From Verrucomicrobiota bacterium (GTDB taxonomy: Bacteria > Verrucomicrobiota > Verrucomicrobiia > Limisphaerales > JAXMHQ01), in NCBI GenBank assembly GCA_046346665.1, contig JAXMHQ010000030.1:747-64746 (forward strand): a stretch of DNA of 64,000 bases, in the 5' to 3' direction. The stretch's first letter is position 1; each line of letters opens with the position of its first letter. The notes under the pieces were generated by a model. That model saw only the letters and a program-made list of their open reading frames with translations, was not told where the DNA came from and did not search any database. A program made the position numbers and the translations under genes. Below are positions 52,824-63,341 of this stretch, in pieces.

Positions 52824-53684
52824 GGGCGCAAACTGCCGATGAGACTTCAACTGCGCCGCCGTCTCGGCAGTGAGCGGCGATTGTCGGTAGACCGGGGTCC
52901 GCATCGGTTCGGCGCTGCCCGACCGGAGCGCGCGCTCGAGCCAGCGCGCGTTCAGCGGTTCCTCCAGCAGGTCCAGCCGGTTCGCCGCCACCGTGGTTTC
53001 CTCCTTCAACCCCGAAGGATGACCCGCACCGACGAAGAATCCGCCCAGCAACATCGCCACGCGCGCCAGGGTGCTGCGCGTGAACGTGGCCAGCGCGCAG
53101 GGCCGGGCCGGGTCCAGGCAGCGATGCAAATTCTCGAACAAGCCGGCGGTCCACATCGCCGGGTTTTTCGCCGGGGAATGCGGGTCGAACAGGATCGCGT
53201 GCGGCGGCGGCAGCCGGGAGGGCGCGCTTTGGATCAACTCGGGGAAATCGCCGGGCTTGAACGTCCAGGCCACTTCCACTGAGCCGGTTTGCCAATGCGC
53301 CGTTCCGGTTCGAACCAGTTCACCGACCGCCGCTTCGTATCCGGCCAGGTAAGGAAGCCGGCCGGCGTGGGCGAGAGCAAATTCGGCGGCGGCGGTGGTG
53401 TGATCGAAGCTGACCACGCGCAGCGTTCGGTTTGAAGGGATTTCGCGGCTGAGAATCCGGAGCGCGGTGACGGCGTTTGCTGCGGCGCCAAGGCCCACAT
53501 CCCAGATCACGAAGTCGCCGGTCGCCGCGGCGACACGGTCCACGAGCCGGAGCTGCCGGACGTAAAGCTCCTCGGCTTCGGCGGCCGGGCCGATGGCGGG
53601 ATGAAAAGCCTCGGCATCGGCCAGGGAATAGACCGCGTGAACGCCGCCCTTGAGCGAAACCAGTTTGTAGGCGGGATCCGGCAT
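52803..53684 (-). CDS. MnmC-like SAM-dependent methyltransferase domain protein (DUF752-type)
   Basis: VIWDVGLGAAANA and AILFDPHSPAKNPAMWT resemble the MnmC C-terminal methyltransferase domain. ATG 53684 chosen because the sequence upstream is a Family-A repeat. Confidence 0.65.
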   Translation of the reverse strand: MPDPAYKLVSLKGGVHAVYSLADAEAFHPAIGPAAEAEELYVRQLRLVDRVAAATGDFVIWDVGLGAAANAVTALRILSREIPSNRTLRVVSFDHTTAAAEFALAHAGRLPYLAGYEAAVGELVRTGTAHWQTGSVEVAWTFKPGDFPELIQSAPSRLPPPHAILFDPHSPAKNPAMWTAGLFENLHRCLDPARPCALATFTRSTLARVAMLLGGFFVGAGHPSGLKEETTVAANRLDLLEEPLNARWLERALRSGSAEPMRTPVYRQSPLTAETAAQLKSHRQFAPDLRFEI

Positions 53685-53689
53685 GTTGT

Positions 53690-53747
53690 GGGACGCCGGG
53701 GACGGCGTCCCTCCCGGGAAGAGGGAGGGCCGGCGTCTCGCCGGCCC
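53690..53747. repeat. Family-A double module
   Basis: GGGACGCCGGGGACGGCGTCCCTCCC then GGGAGGGCCGGCGTCTCGCCGGCCC. Confidence 0.85.
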
Positions 53748-53757
53748 AGACATTTCC

Positions 53758-54846
53758 TTACAGCTTCTTTAACGCATCATCCAGCGCCGCGTAGAGCTGC
53801 TTCATCGTGGCCTCGGTTTCGTCGCCCATGTTGGACAGCCGGAACGTTGTGCCCTTGATTTTGCCGTAGCCGCCGTCAATGAGAAATCCGGCGTCCTTGA
53901 CCAGTTTCTGGAGTTTCGGAACGTCCACGACGCGGCCGCCGGGCCGGGCGCCGTTGCTGACGCAGGTCAGCGTGGCGGATTCGAATCCTTTTTCCGGAAA
54001 CAGGTTGAACCCGTTGCCCGCCGCCCAGTCGCGCGTCATCTGTGAAAGCTTCGCATGCCGCGCGAACCGCGCATCGAGTCCTTCAGCGAAGATGTCCTCC
54101 AGCTTCGACGCGAGCGCGTTCACGTGACCGATGCTCGGGGTGCTCGGCGTCATGCTTTGCTCGGCGTTCTTCTGGAATTCGACGAAGTCAAAATAATAGC
54201 CGCGGTCCTTGGCCTGGGCCGCCTTGGCCAGCGCGGCGGGCGAGCAGACGAACACCGCGGTCCCCGGCGGCAGCGCGAACGCCTTCTGCGTCCCCGCCAG
54301 CAGCACGTCCAGCCCCAGCGCGTCGAACTCGATCTTCACCGCCGACATCGAGCTCACCGCGTCCACGATGAACATCACGTCCGGGTATTTCTTCTTGAGC
54401 GCCGCAATCTCGGCCAGCGGGCTCATGACACCGGTGGACGTCTCGTTGTGGATCAGCGTGACCGCGTCGAACTGGCCGGTGGCGAGTTTCTTGTCGACGT
54501 CCGCCGCGCGGATGGGGGATCCCCAGGGCACCTGCAGCGCCTCGGCCTCCTTGCCGCAGCGCTTCGAGACGTCGAACCACTTGTCGGAAAAAGCGCCACA
54601 CATGCAATTGAGCACCTTTTTGTCGACCAGGTTGCGCACGGCGCCTTCCATGACGCCCCAGGCGGACGAGGTGGAGATGTAGACGAGCTGTTTCGTGTAA
54701 AGCAGTTGCTGCAATTGCGGCTGGATCTGGGCGTAGAGGTCCTTGAACCCCTGCCCGCGATGGCCGATCATCGGCTTGCAGAACGCGCGAAACGTTTTCT
54801 CGCTCACTTCAACCGGTCCCGGGATGTGCAATTTTACATGTGCCAT
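53758..54846 (-). CDS. Class-V PLP-dependent aminotransferase (serine-pyruvate / alanine-glyoxylate type)
   Basis: MAHVKLHIPGPVEVS..., ...LIHNETSTGV..., ...VDAVSS..., and a PLP-lysine context GTQKAFALPPG. Confidence 0.8.
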   Translation of the reverse strand: MAHVKLHIPGPVEVSEKTFRAFCKPMIGHRGQGFKDLYAQIQPQLQQLLYTKQLVYISTSSAWGVMEGAVRNLVDKKVLNCMCGAFSDKWFDVSKRCGKEAEALQVPWGSPIRAADVDKKLATGQFDAVTLIHNETSTGVMSPLAEIAALKKKYPDVMFIVDAVSSMSAVKIEFDALGLDVLLAGTQKAFALPPGTAVFVCSPAALAKAAQAKDRGYYFDFVEFQKNAEQSMTPSTPSIGHVNALASKLEDIFAEGLDARFARHAKLSQMTRDWAAGNGFNLFPEKGFESATLTCVSNGARPGGRVVDVPKLQKLVKDAGFLIDGGYGKIKGTTFRLSNMGDETEATMKQLYAALDDALKKL

Positions 54847-54853
54847 AAAAGCT

Positions 54854-54869
54854 TGTGAAATTTTTCACG
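54854..54869. promoter_or_regulatory. CRP/FNR-family-like palindromic site 1
   Basis: TGTGA-AATTTT-TCACG. The 14-nt core GTGAAATTTTTCAC is identical to the core at 55176. Confidence 0.4.
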
Positions 54870-54908
54870 AGGCAGGGAACAAACGCAAGCCGTAAAGCCT
54901 CTTGTTTT

Positions 54909-55051
54909 AACCACGGATGGACACGGATGGGAGAAAGCTTTGACCGGTCGTCGCCGAAGATGGGCCCGGCAGGCGCGAACTGGCGCGAAATCCACTGCGC
55001 AAGGCGGGGAGGTCGCTGCATTTATCCAATGATCCAGTAATCCATCCGTCC
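54909..55051. repeat. B module, L-like module, G fragment
   Basis: AACCACGGATGGACACGGATGG, then GCGCGAACTGGCGCGAAATC, then TTTATCCAATGATCCAGTAATCCATCC. Confidence 0.7.
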
Positions 55052-55174
55052 TCTGATCCTCAGCCCGGCTAATTCCGGGCCAGCGCAGCTAGTAGACATT
55101 AGAATCCATGCGCAACACTTCCCGGAAGGATGGGCGTGAATGAACCTAATGAGCAGTATTAATCTGTCCGAAAT

Positions 55175-55190
55175 CGTGAAATTTTTCACA
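55175..55190. promoter_or_regulatory. CRP/FNR-family-like palindromic site 2, upstream of actA
   Basis: CGTGA-AATTTT-TCACA, about 280 nt upstream of the actA ATG. Confidence 0.4.
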
Positions 55191-55339
55191 AACCGGGCTT
55201 GCGACGACGGGGGGCTGCCGTGTAAATCTGCGGCCTCAATCTGCGATTCGACCTGCGTTGTGCGCATAGTCGCGGGGTTGGGACGACCGTATTTTGCTGT
55301 TGAAATGGCAACAGAAGCTTGGATTTTGGCGGTCGGACT

Positions 55340-55407
55340 GTAGCCGCGATTGTCAAATCGCGGAGGGTTGAACTGAAAAGGGACCGCGATCTCACGATCG
55401 CGGCTAC
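55340..55407. repeat. Family-F pair in inverted orientation
   Basis: GTAGCCGCGATTGTCAAATCGCGG ... CCGCGATCTCACGATCGCGGCTAC. Confidence 0.8.
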
Positions 55408-55471
55408 GGGCGGCGGGCCGGTTGTGGTTTTGCGGAAACGGTGCAGCGCGACTGAATAACCTAATACTGAA

Positions 55472-56125
55472 ATGTCAGCGGTATTTCCAAAGTGGACCAA
55501 TCGGTTGCCGGGAATGATCCTCGCCGGCGTATTGCTGGTGGGCACCGCTGTCACCGCCGGGGTCTGGTATTACTGCACGCCGAAATACACGCGCGTCGGA
55601 TATCAGCCGATCCAGCCCGTGGCCTTCTCGCACGCCACCCACGCCGGTCAGCTCGGCATGGACTGCCGCTATTGCCATACCGGCGTCGAGAAATCCTGGT
55701 TCTCCAACATCCCGGCCAGTTCCACCTGCATGAACTGCCACAACCAGGTGCTCAAGGATGATCCCCGCCTGGCCCTCGTCCGCGACAGCGCCCAAAGCGG
55801 CCGCCCCATTCCCTGGATCCAGATCCACAAGCTCCCCGACTTCGTCTATTTCAACCACTCCGTCCACGTCAACCGCGGTATCAGTTGCGTCGAATGCCAC
55901 GGCCGCGTCGACCAGATGGACGAGGTCTACCACGCCAAGCCGTTCGGCATGGCTTTCTGCCTCGAGTGCCATCGCAACCCGGAACTCAAGCTCCGCCCGG
56001 CGGACAAGATCACCGACCTGGCCTGGCAGCCGGCGTCGCCGCAAAAACAGGAGGAATTCGGCCAGCGCGCCCTCCGCGACTGGCACGTCGAATCGCTCCA
56101 AACCTGCTCCGCGTGCCATCGCTGA
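55472..56125 (+). CDS. actA: Alternative Complex III subunit A (pentaheme cytochrome c)
   Basis: N-terminal TM helix plus five CXXCH motifs (CRYCH, CMNCH, CVECH, CLECH, CSACH). Confidence 0.85.
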   Translation: MSAVFPKWTNRLPGMILAGVLLVGTAVTAGVWYYCTPKYTRVGYQPIQPVAFSHATHAGQLGMDCRYCHTGVEKSWFSNIPASSTCMNCHNQVLKDDPRLALVRDSAQSGRPIPWIQIHKLPDFVYFNHSVHVNRGISCVECHGRVDQMDEVYHAKPFGMAFCLECHRNPELKLRPADKITDLAWQPASPQKQEEFGQRALRDWHVESLQTCSACHR

Positions 56126-59100
56126 TGAATTTGAAATCTGAAATCTCAAATTTGAAATCCGACAGCGGCCGCCGTTACTGGCGCAGCCTGGACGAGGTGT
56201 CGGAGTCGCCCGAATTCCGCCAGTGGCTCGAGCGCGAATTTCCCGAAGGCGCCAGCGAATGGACCGACCCGGTTTCCCGCCGTCATTTCGTCAAGATCAT
56301 GTCCGCCTCGTTCCTGCTGGCCGGCCTCGGCCTGGCGGGAAGCGGCTGCCGCCGCCCGGTGGAAAAACTCGAACCATTCGCAAAGCAGCCGGAGGATTAC
56401 GTCTACGGCACCTCGCAGTATTACGCGACCGCGATGCCGACCCGCACCGGCGCGGTGCCGGTCCTGGCCAAGTCCTACGAAGGCCGCCCCGTCAAGCTGG
56501 AGGGCAACCCGCTCTTCCCCGGCTCCAACGGCGGCAGCGATCGCTGGGTCCAGGCGTCGATCCTGAATCTCTACGATCCGGACCGTTCGCGGCGGTTCGT
56601 GAAGGGCGGCACAAACGCGACGCTCGAAGCCGCGCTGGATTTTCTGTCGGAACTGTCCCGCCAGGCGCAGGCGTCGGGCGGGCAGGGGCTGGCGATCCTG
56701 CTCGAGCGCAGCTCGTCGCCCTCCCGCGCCCGGCTCCAGAAACAACTGCGCGCCCGGCTGCCGAAGGCGAAATGGTATTTGTTCGAGCCCGTCGATTTCG
56801 ACGTCTCCCGCCGCGCCGCGTCGCAGGCCTTCGGCGCCTCCGTCCGGCCCGTGTTCAAATACGACGCCGCGAAGGTGATCGTGTCGCTCGACTGCGATTT
56901 CCTGGGTTCCGAGGAGGACCTGCACAATTCCATCCGGCAATTTGCGAAGGGCCGGAAGATTGAGAAGCCGACGGACTCGATGAACCGGCTGTATGTGGCC
57001 GAGAGTCTCTACACGCTGACGGGCGTGAACGCGGATCACCGGCTGCGGCTCCCGGCGGGCGCCGTCGGCCAGCTCGCGGGCGCTTTGGCAGCCGCGGTGA
57101 AGGGCGACAGCTTCACGCCTCCGGCGGGCGTGGAGGCGAAGTGGATTTCCGAGTGCGCGAAGGATCTTGCGTCGAACGCCGGCAAATCGCTGGTGGTGGC
57201 GGGATACCGCCAGCCGCTCGAAGTGCACGTGCTGGCGATGCAACTCAACGCCGCGCTGGGCAACGCGGGCGCGACGATCGATTTCCTGCCCGAACCCGAG
57301 CCCGCGGAATCCTCCATCGCCGACCTGGCCCAATCGCTGAACGCGGGCGAGGTGGACACGCTCGTGATGCTGGGTGGCAACCCGGCTTACACCGCGCCGG
57401 CCCCGCTCGAATGGGCCAAGGCGCAGGCCAAGGCCAAAAGCGTCGTCCGGCTGGCCTATTACGAGGACGAAACGTTCGAAGCCACAAAACGCGCCGGCGA
57501 CTGGCACCTGCCCGCGGCGCATTACCTGGAATCCTGGGGCGACGCCCGCACCTCGGACGGCACGCTGGTGCCGATCCAGCCGCTGATCGCGCCGCTGTTC
57601 AATGGCCTGACAGAAATTGAGCTGCTCGCGCGGCTCGCGGGCGAGAGCGTGACGAGCCCCTACGAAATCGTGCGCGCCGGATTTTTCGAAGCCGCCGCCG
57701 GCCGTTCCGGGTCGCCCGAGGTCCTGTGGTCGAAGTTCCTGCACGACGGGTTCCTCGGGGATTCCGCCGCGCGTCCCGTGGAAGTGCGCGCGGCCGGCGC
57801 GCTGAACGCCGCCGCTGTCTCCGCGGCGCCCGCCGTGTCGGTCGATGCGCTCGAAGTGGTGTTTTACCGGGATCCGAAGCTGGACGACGGGCGTTACGCG
57901 AACAACGGCTGGCTGCAGGAACTGCCGGAGCCGGTCAACAAACTGACCTGGGACAACGCGGTGGTGATGAGCCGCAAGACGGCGCACGACTTGCGCGTGA
58001 AGAATTTCGACGTGGTGGAAATCCAGCTCGGCGGCCGGACGGTGAACGGCCCGGTGTGGATCCAGCCCGGCATGGCCGATTACAGCCTGGCCCTCGCGCT
58101 CGGTTACGGCCGCGACAAGGCGGGCCGCGTCGGGTCCGGCGTCGGGTTCAACGTCTACCCGCTGCGTTCGGGATCGGAATTCATTGCCGCCGGCGCCAAG
58201 GCGCGCCCGCTGGGCCGCACGTTCGAGCTGGCGACGACGCAGCATCACTGGTCGATGGAAGGCCGCGGCGTGGTGCGCGAGGCGACGATGGAGCTTTACC
58301 GCGAGCACCCGGATTTCGCCCAGAGGGAAAAGCTCGAGGAGCCGCCGATCGTCACGTCGCTGTATCCGAATCCGCTCAAGAAAGCGGAGGCGGCGGGGTT
58401 GCACCAGTGGGGGATGGCGATTGATTTGAATTTGTGCGTGGGCTGCAACTCCTGCGTGCTGGCCTGCCAGAGCGAGAACAACATCCCGATCGTCGGCAAA
58501 GACCAGGTGCGGCGCGGCCGCGAGATGGCCTGGATGCGCATCGACCGTTATTTCGCGGCGGACCCGGCGAAGGCCCGGCTGCCGGACATGCTGAAGACCG
58601 ACCAGGAACAGCAGTTCGAGGAATGGATTGACGATCCGCAGGCGGTGGTGCAGCCGATGCTCTGCCAGCATTGCGAGGCGGCCCCGTGTGAAAACGTCTG
58701 CCCGGTCAACGCGACCGCGCACGACAACGAGGGCTTGAACGTGATGGTTTACAACCGGTGCGTCGGCACGCGGTATTGTTCCAACAACTGTCCGTACAAG
58801 GTCCGCCGGTTCAATTACCTCGATTTCAACAAGCGCCCGTTGAAGGACCTGAACGGCCCGTTCTACACGACGCCGCTGTTGCACAGCACGGAAGGCCACT
58901 GGGACCTGCTCACGTGGTGGAAGGATCCCACCAGCCCGACCGCGGGCATGCGGCCGTCGGACGAATGGGACCTGATCAAGATGTCGAAAAACCCGGACGT
59001 CTCGGTGCGCATGCGCGGCGTCATGGAGAAATGCACGTTCTGCGTGCAGCGCATCGAGCAGGCCAAGATCGCGCAGAAAGTCAAAGCCGGAGAGTCGGGC

Positions 59101-59433
59101 GACGTGGTGCTGAAGGAATCCGACGGCAACCTGCCGAAGACCGCGTGCCAGCAGGCGTGCCCGGCCGGCGCGATCGTGTTCGGCGACATTCGCGACGAGG
59201 ACAGCACCGTGTCGAAGCTGAAGGCGCAGGACCGGAATTACTCGGTTCTCGACCACCTGTTCACCCGGCCGCGGACGACCTACCTGGCCCGCGTGCGCAA
59301 TCCGAATCCGGCGATGCCCGATTACAAGAAATTCCCGGCGAGCTTCGAGGAATTCAATCACAAGATGGGTGATCCCTTTGATGAACCCGCTGAATCCCCC
59401 GCTGCAACGGGAAAGGAGCCGACCCATGGCTGA
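56125..59433 (+). CDS. actB: Alternative Complex III subunit B (molybdopterin-like + Fe-S domains, Tat signal)
   Basis: [10 protein letters not shown]..., Tat motif [17 protein letters not shown], and Fe-S clusters [43 protein letters not shown]. The start ATG overlaps the actA TGA. The first 13 codons lie in a Family-D array. Confidence 0.85.
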   Translation: MNLKSEISNLKSDSGRRYWRSLDEVSESPEFRQWLEREFPEGASEWTDPVSRRHFVKIMSASFLLAGLGLAGSGCRRPVEKLEPFAKQPEDYVYGTSQYYATAMPTRTGAVPVLAKSYEGRPVKLEGNPLFPGSNGGSDRWVQASILNLYDPDRSRRFVKGGTNATLEAALDFLSELSRQAQASGGQGLAILLERSSSPSRARLQKQLRARLPKAKWYLFEPVDFDVSRRAASQAFGASVRPVFKYDAAKVIVSLDCDFLGSEEDLHNSIRQFAKGRKIEKPTDSMNRLYVAESLYTLTGVNADHRLRLPAGAVGQLAGALAAAVKGDSFTPPAGVEAKWISECAKDLASNAGKSLVVAGYRQPLEVHVLAMQLNAALGNAGATIDFLPEPEPAESSIADLAQSLNAGEVDTLVMLGGNPAYTAPAPLEWAKAQAKAKSVVRLAYYEDETFEATKRAGDWHLPAAHYLESWGDARTSDGTLVPIQPLIAPLFNGLTEIELLARLAGESVTSPYEIVRAGFFEAAAGRSGSPEVLWSKFLHDGFLGDSAARPVEVRAAGALNAAAVSAAPAVSVDALEVVFYRDPKLDDGRYANNGWLQELPEPVNKLTWDNAVVMSRKTAHDLRVKNFDVVEIQLGGRTVNGPVWIQPGMADYSLALALGYGRDKAGRVGSGVGFNVYPLRSGSEFIAAGAKARPLGRTFELATTQHHWSMEGRGVVREATMELYREHPDFAQREKLEEPPIVTSLYPNPLKKAEAAGLHQWGMAIDLNLCVGCNSCVLACQSENNIPIVGKDQVRRGREMAWMRIDRYFAADPAKARLPDMLKTDQEQQFEEWIDDPQAVVQPMLCQHCEAAPCENVCPVNATAHDNEGLNVMVYNRCVGTRYCSNNCPYKVRRFNYLDFNKRPLKDLNGPFYTTPLLHSTEGHWDLLTWWKDPTSPTAGMRPSDEWDLIKMSKNPDVSVRMRGVMEKCTFCVQRIEQAKIAQKVKAGESGDVVLKESDGNLPKTACQQACPAGAIVFGDIRDEDSTVSKLKAQDRNYSVLDHLFTRPRTTYLARVRNPNPAMPDYKKFPASFEEFNHKMGDPFDEPAESPAATGKEPTHG
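56128..56160. repeat. Family-D heptanucleotide array at the actB 5' end
   Basis: AATTTGAAATCTGAAATCTCAAATTTGAAATCC encodes [11 protein letters not shown]. Confidence 0.9.
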
Positions 59434-60868
59434 GTCGATGACGGTGAAAATTCCGCCGGTTCCGAAGGAACTCGAGCGCGTCCCGCTGGTGGAGAACCAG
59501 CACGGGTTCGCGTGGATCTCGGACAAGGTGGCGGGCGTCGCGGAGGGGCGGGCGCCGTTCTGGTGGTGGATGGCGTTCCTGCCGAGCCTCGCCCTCGCGT
59601 CGATGCTGGGCTGCATGCTGATTTACCAGATCTCCACCGGCGTCGGCGTCTGGGGCAACATGCGCCCGGTCATGTGGGGCTGGGACATCATCAACTTCGT
59701 CTGGTGGATCGGCATCGGCCACGCCGGGACGCTGATCTCGGCCATTCTGTTCCTGCTGCGCCAGCGCTGGCGCACGGGCGTGAACCGCGCCGCGGAAGCC
59801 ATGACCATTTTCGCCGTCATGTGCGCCGGCATTTTCCCCGCCATGCACGTCGGCCGCGTCTGGTTCGACTGGTGGCTGTTCCCGCTCCCGAATTCCCAGG
59901 GCCCGATCTGGCCGCAGTTCCGGTCGCCCCTGATGTGGGACGTGTTCGCCGTCTCGACCTATTTCACCGTGTCGCTCCTGTTCTGGTACATGGGCCTGAT
60001 CCCCGACCTGGCGATCATGCGCGACCGCGCGAAGACGAAGATCAAGCAGTTCCTTTACGGGCTGTTCGCGCTGGGCTGGACGGGATCGAACCGGCACTGG
60101 AGCAACTACGAAAAAGCCTACCTGCTGCTGGCCGGCCTTTCGACGCCGCTGGTGCTCTCCGTGCACTCGATCGTGTCTCTCGACTTCTCCGTGTCGCAGC
60201 TCCCGGGCTGGCACACGACGATCTTCCCGCCGTATTTCGTTGCCGGCGCGGTTTACTCCGGGTTCGGCATGGTGCTGACGCTGCTGGTGCCGCTGCGGAA
60301 GATTTGCAAGCTCGAGGAAGTGATCACGATGCGGCACGTCGACGTGATGTGCAAAGTGACTTTGGCGACGGGATCGATTGTCGGGTTCGCCTACCTGATG
60401 GAATATTTCGTGGCATGGTACAGCGGGAATCCCTATGAGCGCTGGACGTTCTGGCACCGGATCTTCGGGACCTACTGGTACGGCGGCGCGGCGATGCTGG
60501 GATTCAACGCGCTGGTGCCGCAGTTGTTCTGGTTCAAGTGGGCGCGGACGAACCTGTTCGCCGTGTTCGTGATCTCGATCCTGGTGAACATCGGCATGTG
60601 GTTCGAGCGTTTCGTCATCGTGGTGGGATCGCTCTACCAGGATTTCCTGCCGTCGAGCTGGGGATATTACAAGCCGACGTGGGTGGACATCTGCACGTTC
60701 CTCGGCACTTTCGGCCTGTTCTTCACGTTGTTCCTGCTGTTCATCCGGTTCCTGCCGTTGATCGCAATTTCGGAAGTGAAAGGCGTGACGCCGCAGGCCG
60801 ATCCGCACCACCCGCTGGGCGGCGCGAAGCATGAGGAAGCGGTTCCCGACGAGGAGGCGGCTGTATGA
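59426..60868 (+). CDS. actC: Alternative Complex III subunit C (NrfD/PsrC-like quinol-interacting membrane subunit)
   Basis: Polytopic. PFWWWMAF..., [27 protein letters not shown], NrfD-family style. Overlaps the actB stop. Confidence 0.85.
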   Translation: MAESMTVKIPPVPKELERVPLVENQHGFAWISDKVAGVAEGRAPFWWWMAFLPSLALASMLGCMLIYQISTGVGVWGNMRPVMWGWDIINFVWWIGIGHAGTLISAILFLLRQRWRTGVNRAAEAMTIFAVMCAGIFPAMHVGRVWFDWWLFPLPNSQGPIWPQFRSPLMWDVFAVSTYFTVSLLFWYMGLIPDLAIMRDRAKTKIKQFLYGLFALGWTGSNRHWSNYEKAYLLLAGLSTPLVLSVHSIVSLDFSVSQLPGWHTTIFPPYFVAGAVYSGFGMVLTLLVPLRKICKLEEVITMRHVDVMCKVTLATGSIVGFAYLMEYFVAWYSGNPYERWTFWHRIFGTYWYGGAAMLGFNALVPQLFWFKWARTNLFAVFVISILVNIGMWFERFVIVVGSLYQDFLPSSWGYYKPTWVDICTFLGTFGLFFTLFLLFIRFLPLIAISEVKGVTPQADPHHPLGGAKHEEAVPDEEAAV

Positions 60869-61392
60869 AACCTTACGGAGTGATTGCCGAATTCACGACG
60901 CCGGCGGCGGTGATGCACGCGGCGGAGCGGGTGCGCGACGCGGGTTACACGCGCTGGGATGTGTTCACCCCGTTCCCCGTGCACGGCATGGACCGCGCCA
61001 TGGGCATGAAGAATTCCAAGGTCGGCTGGTTCGCCTTCATCGGCGGCGTCACCGGCTACACCTGCGGCATGCTGATGATCTGGTGGATGAACGCCGTGGA
61101 TTACCCGATCGTCATCGGCGGCAAACCCATGTTCAGCCCGTTCGCCGCGTTCCCGCCGTCCTACGAACTCACCATCCTGCTCGGCGCCTTCGGATCGCTT
61201 GGCGGCATGCTGTTCCTGAACCGGCTCCCGCGGCTGCACCATCCGCTGCTCAAACACCGCAAGTTCGCCGCGGTCACCCATGACCGGTTCTTCGTCGTCA
61301 TCGAATGCCAGGACCCGAAATACTCGGAATCGGCCACGATGAAACTGCTGAAGGAAGCCGGAAGCCAATCGATCGAGGTGGTGGAGGAATAA
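60865..61392 (+). CDS. actD: Alternative Complex III subunit D (DUF3341)
   Basis: [41 protein letters not shown] overlap with actC. Confidence 0.8.
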   Translation: MKPYGVIAEFTTPAAVMHAAERVRDAGYTRWDVFTPFPVHGMDRAMGMKNSKVGWFAFIGGVTGYTCGMLMIWWMNAVDYPIVIGGKPMFSPFAAFPPSYELTILLGAFGSLGGMLFLNRLPRLHHPLLKHRKFAAVTHDRFFVVIECQDPKYSESATMKLLKEAGSQSIEVVEE

Positions 61393-62039
61393 TGCGCTAT
61401 TTCCTGCTCATATTTGTGGTCTGCGTCGCGGCCGTCGTCGGAATCGCCGGCAAACGCGGCCACCTGTCTCGCAAACCGCCGTTGTACGTGTTCCCGGACA
61501 TGCGCCGGCAGCTCAAGCTGCGGCCCCAGGAACCGAACGGCTTTTTCGCCAACGGCATCAGCTCCCAGCAGCCCGTCGCCGGAACGGTCGCGCAATCCAA
61601 ACCGCTCAACGTCGGCGGACGCGAGGTGTTTTCCTTTGAGGACGATCCCGTGTTCACCGGGCGCGAGGTCGGCACGACCAATTTCGTCGAGAACAATCCC
61701 TATCCCGTCAACGCCCAGCTCCTGCAGCGCGGCCAGCAGCGGTTCACGATCTACTGCTCGCCCTGCCACGGACAACAGGCCGACGGCAACGGGATCACCA
61801 AGAAAGTCGGCGCCATGGCCGTCATCGCCAACCTGCATGACAAGCGCATCGTGGAAATGCGCGACGGCGAATTGTTTTACGTGATCACCCACGGCCGGAA
61901 CCTGATGGGCGCCTACGGCCCGAACGTTCCCGTCGCGGATCGCTGGGCCATCATCGCCTACCTGCGGGCCGTCCAGATGAGCCGGCTCGGATCGATCGAC
62001 GACGTGCCGGCGGAACTGCGACCGGCCCTGACCAAGTGA
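61392..62039 (+). CDS. actE: Alternative Complex III subunit E (monoheme cytochrome c)
   Basis: N-terminal TM helix, a single CSPCHG heme site, and ...GRNLMGAYG....RWAIIAYLRALQ. Confidence 0.8.
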   Translation: MRYFLLIFVVCVAAVVGIAGKRGHLSRKPPLYVFPDMRRQLKLRPQEPNGFFANGISSQQPVAGTVAQSKPLNVGGREVFSFEDDPVFTGREVGTTNFVENNPYPVNAQLLQRGQQRFTIYCSPCHGQQADGNGITKKVGAMAVIANLHDKRIVEMRDGELFYVITHGRNLMGAYGPNVPVADRWAIIAYLRAVQMSRLGSIDDVPAELRPALTK

Positions 62040-62041
62040 CT

Positions 62042-63334
62042 ATGAGCTCCCACAAACATGCCGACGCGGCCCCGCTGGATCTTTCGAAATGGCGGAGCCT
62101 GCCCGCCCGCCTGATCGGCGCCGGCCTCGTGGTCGCGGCCGCGGGCGCGGTGCTCAGCTTCAAGCACGACGGCGGACGGCACTTCGCGTTTTCGTGGCTG
62201 GTGGCGTTCATGTTCTGCCTCAGCCTGTGCCTGGGTTCACTTTTCCTGGTGCTCGTTCATCACCTGTTCGACGCCGGATGGTCGGTGCCGATCCGCCGGT
62301 TCAACGAACACATCGCCAGCCTGCTGTTCCCGTGGATGGCCATCCTGTTCATTCCCATCGCCATCATGGCGCCGAAGCTCTACCACTGGATGAGCCCCGC
62401 CGAACAGGCGCATCCGGACCACGCGCTCACCTCGAAATGGCCGCTGCTCACGATCCCGGTTTTCTACGGAGTGTCCGCCGCGGTGTTCGTGATCTGGTGG
62501 ATTCTCTCACACGGCCTTCGCAAATGGTCGCTGAAACAGGATGAAGTCGGCGGCGCGGAACCCACGTTCAAAATGCGCGGCTACGCCTACTGGGGCATTG
62601 TCGCGTTCGCGGTCACGCTCACCCTGGCCGTGGTCATGTGGATGCAGGCGCAGACGCACGAATGGTTTTCGACGATGTACCCGGTCATCTATTTCGCCGG
62701 CAGCGCGTGGCTGGCGCTGGCGACGACGTATGTGATCACCATGATCCTCCACCGGCAGAACGTGCTGACCGAGGTGCTGCATGAGCACCAGTATTATTTC
62801 ATCGGATCGCTCATGTTCGCGTTCACGGTGTTCTACGCCTACGTCCATTTCGCCCAGTATTTCATCATCTGGAACGCCAACATGCCGGAAGAAACTTTCT
62901 GGTACGTCATCCGCGAAAAGGGCACTTGGTTCTACGTGGCGATGGTCATCATCTTCGGCCATTTCTTCGTGCCGTTCCTCGGGCTGCTGCGCATCGACGT
63001 GAAGAGCTTCTTCCCCTACATGACCGCGATCTGCGCCTGGGCGTGGCTGATGCACTTCGTCGATCTGTCGTTCAACATCCTGCCGGTCGAAAGCCCGACC
63101 GGGTATCCGTTCAAGTGGGCCTGGCTGGATCTCGGCTGCCTGGCGCTGATGCTCGGGGTTTTGTCGAAAGTTTTCCTGGCGAAATTCGCCGCGTCCGCGC
63201 CGTTCCCGATCAAGGACCCGCGGTTGATCGAGGCGATGGGTCATTTCCACCCGGTGCCGACGCAGATTTCCGGCGGTGAGCTGGATGAAACGGACGATCT
63301 GCGGGATGCGCCGCATGCCGGTCCGGCCAGGTAA
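62042..63334 (+). CDS. actF: Alternative Complex III subunit F (membrane subunit)
   Basis: Polytopic, about 430 aa. Sits directly after actE, as in canonical actABCDEF operons. Confidence 0.75.
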   Translation: MSSHKHADAAPLDLSKWRSLPARLIGAGLVVAAAGAVLSFKHDGGRHFAFSWLVAFMFCLSLCLGSLFLVLVHHLFDAGWSVPIRRFNEHIASLLFPWMAILFIPIAIMAPKLYHWMSPAEQAHPDHALTSKWPLLTIPVFYGVSAAVFVIWWILSHGLRKWSLKQDEVGGAEPTFKMRGYAYWGIVAFAVTLTLAVVMWMQAQTHEWFSTMYPVIYFAGSAWLALATTYVITMILHRQNVLTEVLHEHQYYFIGSLMFAFTVFYAYVHFAQYFIIWNANMPEETFWYVIREKGTWFYVAMVIIFGHFFVPFLGLLRIDVKSFFPYMTAICAWAWLMHFVDLSFNILPVESPTGYPFKWAWLDLGCLALMLGVLSKVFLAKFAASAPFPIKDPRLIEAMGHFHPVPTQISGGELDETDDLRDAPHAGPAR

Positions 63335-63341
63335 ATTGTTC

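Noticed and set aside
55885-56124. Track-predicted upstream extension of actB (start 55885). Likewise addA from 2414, hypA from 31840, proC from 17128 and yidC from 22942.
   Set aside because: The extensions overlap the preceding gene or run through repeat modules and are Arg/Pro-rich. Internal ATGs at conserved N-termini, often with ATGA/TGATG coupling, are better starts.
56146-59616. 1156-aa ORF antisense to actB. Similar long antisense ORFs lie at 2420..4099, 11847..13322, 13354..15039, 25182..27206, 32519..34069, 44743..46809 and 59354..60832.
   Set aside because: All lie opposite genes with strong family motifs. Their translations are Arg/Pro/Gly/His-rich, low-complexity and lack motifs. 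Such shadow ORFs are expected in high-GC DNA.
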